Positions 1 through 6,623 of a stretch of DNA of 11,237 bases are shown one piece after another; position 1 is the stretch's first letter, and each line of letters starts with the position of its first letter. Source of the DNA: Amoeboradix gromovi X-113 (taxonomy: Eukaryota; Fungi; Sanchytriomycota); assembly GCA_018985225.1 (NCBI GenBank), contig JADGIF010000310.1, positions 1 to 11,237 of the forward strand. The letters are read 5' to 3'. A model generated the notes under the pieces. The model had not been told where the DNA came from and did no database searches. It saw nothing but the letters and a program-made list of their open reading frames with translations. The translations under genes and the position numbers were made by a program.

Positions 1-31
1 AAGTAGTTTCGCCTATTGCCTAGGTGAAGAA

Positions 32-122
32 ATATGGGACACTACTGTGAAAACTTCAACTGGGTAAATCTCGTCACCCGTTTTTTACCCCCAGTCTACT
101 TTCTACAGAGTGTGTCCCATAT
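32..122. repeat. Imperfect inverted repeat (arms 32-68 and 84-122, 15-nt spacer) upstream of NAA15; putative bidirectional promoter element or MITE-like hairpin
   Basis: The reverse complement of 32-68 (TTTACCCAGTTGAAGTTTTCACAGTAGTGTCCCATAT) aligns with 84-122 (TTTACCCCCAGTCTACTTTCTACAGAGTGTGTCCCATAT). The outer 11 bp are a perfect match. Confidence 0.75.
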
Positions 123-177
123 GGGAATAATTCAATAAAGTTTGTTTAGAAAATAGTTTTTTGTTACACTCCATTCT

Positions 178-2207
178 ATGGCTCATTTGTCCATATCTGA
201 CCAGAATTCTTATAGAAACTGCTTGAAATACTTTGACAATGCAGAATACAAAAAAGGGCTAAAGCTTTCGGATCAGCTACATCAAAAATACCCTGATCAT
301 GGTGATATCGAGAGTACAAAGGGCTTGTTTCTAGTGTATTTGAATCGTCCAGATGAGGGTTTGGTATCAATCAAGTCTGGCTTGAAAAAGAATCTTTCCT
401 CTAGTACAAGCTGGCATATATACGGCATATATTATAAAGTTACGAAAAACTTTGACGAAGCTTGCAAATGTTATTTAAATGCTGCAAAGTTTGACCCAAA
501 CAATATGAATATAAGACGCGATTTGTGCAATTTACTAGCTTATATACGGAGATATCCTCTCTTACTTGAGCAGTTAAAGTCATTAAATGCAAATCAGCCT
601 ACAAAAGCCACTTGGCTCCAACAAAGTCTTGTTCACTATCTTGTTGGTGATTTTCACCTTGCGCTGGATATTGTAAATAAATATGAATCTACCGTTCCTG
701 TCTTTGATCGAGATTACTCTAATTTGCTCTTGTATAAAAGTAAATTATATTTAAAATGTAGTTTTTATCAAAAAGGAATCACTTATTTGAACAAGATGGA
801 GAAGCACTGCTTGGATCCAATAGGTTTGTTGCAAATTAGAGCGCAATTATTTTTAAAATCCTGCAAATTTGATCGATCCTTGTTTTATTACAAGGAACTG
901 CTCAAATTTAATCCAGAAGACTTTAATCATGTTAAGGGCTACTTGTGTTGTAAACTTAAAGTTGAGGAATATTCTGAATCGCTTCCAATGTCTTCAGCTC
1001 TGTGTGAGCTAAATAAGGAGTTCAATTCTTATTGCATTCGGTTTAAGTGGATAGATTCCTTAAATGAAGAGCTCAAGTTGAAGGAAACAATATTGTTTAT
1101 GAAAAAAGTAGTAAACAAAAGCTCACCTGGTTTCTGGAGACTATTTAAACATGTACACGACGCTAACCCTGAGCTGTACAATGCCGCGATTCAGCAGTTA
1201 ATAATAAACACTCCGCCTTCCACTATTGCTTATTATTATATAACATACAGCAGACTTGCGCAATCTATGGATTTAAATGACTTGGAATCTGCTGCTAAAC
1301 ATTTAAATGATATCTCCGAAATGCAAGAAATGTCTTTCGTCTCAAAAACAGACAAAATCGATTTTATAGTTGCAAAGTCAAAGTTATTGAAAAAAAATAA
1401 CAAGTACTTGGAGGCTGCAAACGTCCTAGTTGATGCCTTGAATTTGGACAAAGGGGACAGAGCTTTAAACGTGCGATACTGCAAATACATGATAAGAGCT
1501 AAAAACCTGAACAAGGCTTTAGTTTCGGTGCAATCATTTTTAAGAACAGAGCCAAAAGAAGAACTAATAGTGGATCTTTTAAATGTACAGTGTTTCTGGC
1601 TGGCTTATGAGTTGCTGAAGTATTTTGAATCAACAACAGTTTTTTTTAAATTATCTAAGTTAGTATTGGGATACTTTGGAGATATAAAGCAAGACGAATT
1701 AGATTTCCAGGGATTTTGCATTCGTAAATCTGTGTTTGATCCATATATCGACCATACAAATTGGATGAATAATGGCATGGAACACAGATTGGTTTTTAAG
1801 ATTTTAATGTATTTGGGGGATTCGATTGCTAGGTTTGAGGAAAACCCAAACATTCCACTAGATGATGCTGATTTGCAGATTATATTTGGTAAAAGCGACA
1901 AGGATTTGCAAGGTGGTGAGCTGTTTAAGTCATTCGATATGAAAAAGGGATTGCTACAAATAGCCGGGATATTGAGTAAAATGGAGAATATTTTAGCGAA
2001 AGAAAAAGCTTTTTACATTTATTATCAACAAAGTAATCACAGTTTAATTTAGATCAGATAGATGCCTGTTTAGAACTGGCGGGTGATAATGCTGAATTTC
2101 AAGAAAAGATGAAAGTCAAGGCAAAAGAAATAAAGCTGACAGCTAAGCAGCAGGATAAACTCAATAATTTCAGATTGTTAGAAGACGTAAATAAATTAAG
2201 ATTATAG
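178..2207 (+). CDS. NAA15: NatA N-terminal acetyltransferase auxiliary subunit (TPR protein), join(178..2032,2053..2207), about 669 aa
   Basis: Family-typical segments include the N-terminal TPRs 'EYKKGLK...YPDHGD...KGL', 'SWHIYGIY', 'IRRDL' and the later 'LDKGDRALN...KYMIRA' and 'DELDFQGFCIRK'. Removing a 20-nt intron extends the ORF by about 51 codons to TAG at 2205-2207. Confidence 0.92.
2033..2052 (+). other. 20-nt spliceosomal intron in NAA15 (GTAATCACAGTTTAATTTAG); an in-frame alternative acceptor at 2061 would give 29 nt
   Basis: GTAAT...TTTAG boundaries match the C2-gene intron. It contains the apparent stop codon, and its removal opens a stop-free frame (NQIDACLELAGDNAEFQEKMK...) that fills the gap up to the next gene. 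Confidence 0.75.
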
Positions 2208-3515
2208 CTTCGGTTTACTTATATTCAACAACTCTTGCAAGTTGGCCATTTTGTAGAGTTTTTCGTTTTTTATACCTGTAGAATATTCATAATCACTACC
2301 AATAAGCCATTTCTCTTTGGAAACAGCATTTAGAGACTTTGTGAACTTATTCCTATCCTCATCCGGGACTTTGAATGAATCAGGAACGTGGGCTATAGCA
2401 TTTACCAAAACATGAGAATCATTCATAGAATTAGCTATGACACCTCTACCATTGCTTCTATTCCATCCAGTCGCAAATATCTTTTTATCCTTGTCCAGAG
2501 GTGTTCCAAGTTCACCTGAATCGAAGGTAGTAATGCCAGGAAAAATCTGAGCGTGGGATCCAATTGCAGAGATTACTGTATCAAATTTGAATGACGTTGA
2601 CTTCGTGGTGGGAGAAATTTTAATTGACTTTACTCCAGATTTATTAGACACAAACCGATTTTGTTGAAAAGTAATTTCCAAACCATCACTTGTTTGTTTA
2701 ACAGATGAAGGCTCCAGCAAGAATTTGAACTCTAAACACTTGTCAATCTCGGGTTTATTTTTCAGTTCTGCAATTCTAGTAAATATCTCATATACTCGCT
2801 TTACTATACGAGGAAATTGAGAGGACCATGGGGATGAGTATGCTAAATTGCTTTTATCAAAAAAAAGATTGACGGGTTTTTTAAGAAATGGCCTTAGTTC
2901 TAAAGCAGTGAACTTGGTGTGCAGTGGAGAGCTTCTACCAAAAATCACGACTTTATTGACATTTGCAATCTCGAGTGCTTCCAGAGCAATCTCATTAATG
3001 TCAGTTGTCTTTAAATTTTCCGGAAATAGAAGCATTCTAGCAATATCTAGAGAGACATTACCGTTTCCAATAATAGCTACATTCTTTCCGATTTTAAAGT
3101 TCCGATTATATTGTTGTGGATGCTTGTTATACCACCTTGTGAAATCTAGAGATGATATGATACTTTGTGAGCCTGGTAAATTCAGGACATTGGCGCTCTC
3201 AGCACCTGTTGTAAGCACTACGGCGTTATAGTACTTTTTTAGGTCATGTATGTCAAAATCTTTGCCTGCTTCGACATTACCAAAAAAACGCACCCTGCCA
3301 TTTCTCAAGATTGATTTGAACTCATGAGTGCATTTCTTTACATCTTGATTATCAGGCGCTACACCATACCGAACAAGTCCATACGGAAATGGCAATTTTT
3401 CAAAAAAATCTACTTTCGTGGATGATATTTGAAGAAACTTTTGTGCAGCATAAAAACCGCTGGGTCCGGCACCTATAATTGCAAAATGTTTGTATCTAGG
3501 AAACGAAAGTGACAT
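2202..3515 (-). CDS. ARH1: NADPH:adrenodoxin (ferredoxin) oxidoreductase, mitochondrial type, 437 aa
   Basis: FAD-binding 'IIGAGPSGFYAA', 'PFPYGLVRYGVAPD', 'FFGNVEAGKD', NADP-binding 'IIGNGNVSLDIARML', and C-terminal 'TGW...GVIANSMND' match the FDXR/Arh1 family. Confidence 0.93.
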   Translation of the reverse strand: MSLSFPRYKHFAIIGAGPSGFYAAQKFLQISSTKVDFFEKLPFPYGLVRYGVAPDNQDVKKCTHEFKSILRNGRVRFFGNVEAGKDFDIHDLKKYYNAVVLTTGAESANVLNLPGSQSIISSLDFTRWYNKHPQQYNRNFKIGKNVAIIGNGNVSLDIARMLLFPENLKTTDINEIALEALEIANVNKVVIFGRSSPLHTKFTALELRPFLKKPVNLFFDKSNLAYSSPWSSQFPRIVKRVYEIFTRIAELKNKPEIDKCLEFKFLLEPSSVKQTSDGLEITFQQNRFVSNKSGVKSIKISPTTKSTSFKFDTVISAIGSHAQIFPGITTFDSGELGTPLDKDKKIFATGWNRSNGRGVIANSMNDSHVLVNAIAHVPDSFKVPDEDRNKFTKSLNAVSKEKWLIGSDYEYSTGIKNEKLYKMANLQELLNISKPKL

Positions 3516-3537
3516 TCTATAGAATTGCTGTTTGGAA

Positions 3538-3541
3538 GGGG
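3538..3541 (-). promoter_or_regulatory. CCCC motif 23-26 nt upstream of the ARH1 ATG
   Basis: A C4 run recurs just upstream of start codons in otherwise AT-rich DNA. Confidence 0.45.
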
Positions 3542-3569
3542 AGGAAATCAGAATCGCGAAAGAAATAAT

Positions 3570-4287
3570 TTATTGTCTTCCATAATTACCAGGATATTGG
3601 TTACCAGCAGAAGGTCCTTGGTGGTAATTTCCAGGTGGTCCTTGACCCTGTGGAGGCCCTTGCTGGTAATAGCCTTGGGGTGGTCCTTGACCCTGTGGAG
3701 GCCCTTGCTGGTAATAGCCTTGGGGTGGTCCCTGACCTTGTGGAGGCCCTTGCTGGTAATAGCCTTGAGGTGGTCCTTGGCCTTGTGGAGGTCCTTGCTG
3801 GTAATAGCCTTGAGGTGGTCCTTGCTGGTAGTAGCCTTGGGGTGGCCCTTGTTGATAAGGGACTGCACCATAAGCTTGAGGCGGAGCTTGCTGTCCCCCA
3901 TCTCTTGGTTTAAAATACATTACCAAATGAATCTCACCTCTTTGCTTCCCATCCAAAATCAGAGAATGCCATCCATCCAATTGTCGGGCTTGGAAAACTT
4001 TAGTCAAATCTACTGTACAGTATCCGCGTTTGTCGTCCTTGATTGTATCATCATCCCAAACCTAAATAAGTATTAATTACCTCGGCATACAGTTCATTCA
4101 TTCCATCAATAATATCAATTTCAAACTTTTCATTCCAGCTTACATTTTTTCCAGCATCATTTTTGGTTTTAGTTCTTTTTTTTGTATTTCCTATCTTAAT
4201 AATACAATATGGATCTGCCTTATCGATCAAGGAGGATTTTAAATTTCGCGCTTCAACTACTAAAACCTCAAGAATACCGTGAACCAT
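3570..4287 (-). CDS. C2-domain protein with a Gln/Gly/Pro/Tyr-rich repeat tail, complement(join(3570..4061,4081..4287)), about 232 aa
   Basis: Exon 1 reads '[14 protein letters not shown]...[10 protein letters not shown]...RTKT...WNEKF'. After a 19-nt intron it continues '[19 protein letters not shown]...GWHSL...GEIHLVMYF', completing a canonical C2 domain. ATG is at 4287; the ORF-track start at 4296 is a TTG. Confidence 0.92.
3612..3853 (-). repeat. Coding tandem repeat with 45-nt units ([15 protein letters not shown]) plus 27-nt units (YYQQGPPQG)
   Basis: CTTGACCCTGTGGAGGCCCTTGCTGGTAATAGCC recurs at 3641 and 3686, with further synonymous variants at the same 45-nt period. Confidence 0.95.
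4062..4080 (-). other. 19-nt spliceosomal intron (GTAATTAATACTTATTTAG), phase 0
   Basis: Removal joins 'LYAE' to 'VWDDD', restoring the conserved C2 motif EVWDxD and fusing two ORFs that lie in different frames. Confidence 0.92.
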
Positions 4288-4298
4288 TAGTTTCAAGT

Positions 4299-4302
4299 GG
4301 GG
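4299..4302 (-). promoter_or_regulatory. CCCC motif 12-15 nt upstream of the C2-gene ATG
   Basis: A C4 run recurs just upstream of start codons. Confidence 0.45.
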
Positions 4303-4574
4303 TTGACGATTGTAATTGAATTGTAAATCAAGTTGAATTGAGTAAGATATCGAACGTGATTATAATAGCCGCATAGCTTCAGTGTGCTCTGCTTCTATAA
4401 TTTGTCACCGCATGAAAACTCGGTGCTCTTTATCAGCAGACAGATATCTCCAAATCACAGCAAGAAAATGTCAAACCCTAATGCACCAGCAAGTGATAAG
4501 GATTAAACTTTTCTACATTCACGGACAGGTCCATTACAAAGCTCAAGTGAAAAGAGATTGGTGGAATGTAATTA

Positions 4575-4750
4575 GGCATTTACTCGTTAAAAGTCCTGAT
4601 TTCCGAGAAAATCGTGAATTTCCACAGAGAAACTAATGCAAGTTCCTCCGTTACAGTGATCGCTCACGCTTTCACTACCGTGAGGCGGGATTGAATAAGG
4701 ATGCATATACTTGATGTATATGTTTTTTGCAGCCATATGGTCTCTATCTA
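4575..4750 (-). ncRNA. Candidate omegaRNA scaffold and element right end, overlapping the Fanzor 3' end
   Basis: It lies directly after RuvC-III, where TnpB/Fanzor omegaRNAs are encoded. Hairpins include CATATAC/GTATATG, AGTG..GC-GTGA-GC..CACT, TTTC..GAAA and GATTT..AAATC. The segment is conserved in a second copy at about 5775-5955. Boundaries are approximate. Confidence 0.55.
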
Positions 4751-5000
4751 TCTTCAAATGGCACTTTGTACAGGTGTAAGTTTCTAAATTGCTTTTCTTT
4801 AGAGTACTACACCTTGTGCATGTCTAACTAGTAAATGATTCATTACATTCGATTATAGTCTTTCCTCTTTGTTTGCACTTGAACTTCAAGCGTTCCTTGA
4901 ATGTGTAATGGAACATTGTAGCCATGTTTCTTGCGACTTGCTACTTATCATTTAGCTAGCATTAAACGATGGCAAGTGTATAAGATCATATGTCTTTGTA
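4587..5000 (-). pseudogene. Fanzor (eukaryotic TnpB-family RNA-guided endonuclease), decayed C-terminal fragment
   Basis: Manual translation: TKTYDLIHLPSFNAS*MISSK (4999-4937), a frameshift near 4940, then QVARNMATMFHYTFKERLKFKCKQRGKTIIECNESFTS*TCTRCSTLKKSNLETYTCTKCHLKIDRDHMAAKNIYIKYMHP...NQDF* (stop 4587-4589). This matches the TnpB/Fanzor C-terminus in order: HYxF..L..K, ExxTSxTCxxC, CxxC, DRDxxAAxNI. Confidence 0.9.
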
Positions 5001-5339
5001 TGCTGTACCTGTTAGTGATTTCTTTAGATTTGACATATTCAGGATTACATCCATTGATTCCATTTACCGTTTGCAAAGATAAAGAATATCGAGTATTTAA
5101 GCTATTAGAAAAATGTGGAAAAGTCTTGAAATGATACAAAAATGTATACAAATTCGCGATAAATGATATATTCAAGAAAATAGTCAAGCTGTTCAAATGT
5201 TCATAATTTAAGGCACTCTGAAGAAAGCTAATTTGAGAATATACACGCGTGCAAACGTCATTTGGAAATAGACAGAAAAAATGTGTTAATTTTATGGGAC
5301 TCAATTTCAGAAAATATCCCAAGTCTTAGTCGGAGGCCA

Positions 5340-5716
5340 CCTAGAAAGATGTGTCAGTCCCATGATATATCATTAAGCCTTTCTCAATATGAAAACGCAA
5401 CGGCAATCTCTTTCAAAACAGCTTGGCCGATTAGCACTGAAGCATATGTTCAATACCTCAACCGACAACCATTTTCATATTCAGTCTTACTGTCCATCAC
5501 CCGGGAAGTCAATACATTGAATCCCTTTCTTCCTTTAGTATTTCTATTCTCAATTTCGTACTAATTGTCTTTTCAGTGCCTTTGTGTCGAAGACCTTGAA
5601 AGGGATATTTTTAAACATCATTTAAGTATCCTTTTATAGTACTTTACTACCTTTCTTCGCTATTTTGCAATGGCTCTTTTTGTGTTTTTTTTTCGTTTCT
5701 TTGTTGTTTTGGGCAT
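5340..5716 (-). pseudogene. Degraded basic (K/R-rich) reading frame, possibly the N-terminus of a transposase (HTH-like)
   Basis: From ATG 5716: MPKTTKKRKKNTKRAIAK*RRKVVKYYKRILK*CLKISLSRSSTQRH*...TKGRKG, with several stops. A TTACCC motif lies about 20 nt upstream. The family resemblance is by eye only. Confidence 0.25.
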
Positions 5717-5774
5717 GATAAATCAATGATAATGGGTAATCTAGTGTGATTTCTAGGTGTTCCTCCTGTTTAGA

Positions 5775-5955
5775 AACGAGGACATTTTGTCTCAATGGGC
5801 TTCATTTATATGAAGGATATGCATCCCTGTCCAATCCCGCCACAAATTAATGCAAGCAAGAGCAACCATCGTAATGGAGCGACTGCCTTTGTCATTTTCT
5901 CTGTGGAAACTCTCGATTTCCTGATAAATCAAGACTTTAATGAGGAGTAGGCGCT
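5775..5955 (+). repeat. Second, inverted, diverged copy of the Fanzor 3' end/omegaRNA region with no nuclease domain
   Basis: 5804-5938 (+) aligns with 4721-4590 (-) at 99/132 identical nt by hand count, with one 3-nt indel. Shared blocks include ATATGCATCC, CAATCCCGCC, TTTCTCTGTGGAAA and AAATCARGACTTT. Confidence 0.9.
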
Positions 5956-6606
5956 GATATGTAATAAAGAAATTATCTACTTGGTTTATTTCGTAGTAAA
6001 ATTAGTGGTTTTGATATAATTTCTTTCCTTGTACGCATTGTCCAAAATCTAGACAACCATTTTGAACAACTATCTCAACAGCAAACGTTTTACATATTTA
6101 ATCAACAATTATCTAGAGTATAATATCCAGCTATCTTCACAGTCCATTTTTTTATTCTCAATTCAGGAATAAGCACATACATCTAATCCTACTGATTGCA
6201 TACAGAATTTTCTTGTTGTCCATTGCAATGGGCACTGGAGGCGATGGAGGTGTATGTTCTCAGATGGTGTGGAGATTGTTTCTTTGGTAACGGACGAGTG
6301 TATTTGTCCCTATGAATATTTACATACGCTTCAAAGATGCCCAGGATGATGGTAGGCAGCTTTATGAGACCGCTAAGGCATCCAAGTTTGGGTCTTAATG
6401 TCTCAGTATTGATTCGCTTACAGACCGGTTGCCTTCATGGCTGATTGCAACGCTGAAGTTGTTTTATTTACTGAATTGATAGTATTTACTTGAGTTTGCT
6501 AGTGCTACGGTAACGATCCAGTCGAATTATTGTGATGATGTTTTCGGATCTTCTTCGTGTGCTTCTGAGCATATTTTCACTGATAGCCTCTTTTTCTAAT
6601 CGTAAT

Positions 6607-6610
6607 CCCC
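6607..6610 (+). promoter_or_regulatory. CCCC motif 14-17 nt upstream of the VPS8 ATG
   Basis: A C4 run recurs just upstream of start codons. Confidence 0.45.
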
Positions 6611-6623
6611 TTTTACTACTCCA

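Noticed and set aside
2033-2057. 25-nt intron using the CAG acceptor at 2057
   Set aside because: It shifts the frame and reaches TGA within about 9 codons, whereas the 20-nt or 29-nt options give a long open exon.
3612-3853. CRISPR-like array
   Set aside because: There are no unique spacers; it is an in-frame coding tandem repeat in a eukaryotic gene.
3525-4076. Overlapping ORFs 3525-4076 (+), 3548-3901 (-) and 3635-3913 (+)
   Set aside because: These are shadow frames left stop-free by the GC-rich tandem repeat; the C2 frame explains the region.
4824-4954. TAA/TAG reassigned to Gln, which would make the Fanzor readable
   Set aside because: Host genes are long, contain no internal TAA/TAG after splicing and end in TAA/TAG. 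The Fanzor fragment also has a frameshift and lacks its N-terminal half.
5057-5200. Plus-strand 'IPFTVCKDKEYRVFKLLEKCGKVLK*Y' loosely resembling a hAT transposase segment
   Set aside because: The similarity is too weak by eye and no downstream DxW catalytic motif is found; a profile search would be needed.
5499-5513. Minus-strand 'IDFPG' as the Fanzor RuvC-I motif (DPG)
   Set aside because: The spacing is wrong, a stop follows shortly, and no RTF-like context is present.
4382-5564. ORF-track calls 4382-4636, 4931-5134, 4948-5322 and 5262-5564 as genes
   Set aside because: They have non-ATG starts and no recognisable domains. The informative frame is the broken minus-strand Fanzor frame.
5736-5756. 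Intron-like 21-mer GTAATCTAGTGTGATTTCTAG
   Set aside because: Splicing yields only an 8-codon ORF ending at TAG 5771-5773, so no gene model supports it.
4575-5955. The inverted pair as terminal inverted repeats of one cut-and-paste transposon
   Set aside because: Not excluded, but the arms are only ~75% identical, no clear target-site duplication is visible, and one arm is the Fanzor ORF tail. Two related element ends is the simpler reading.
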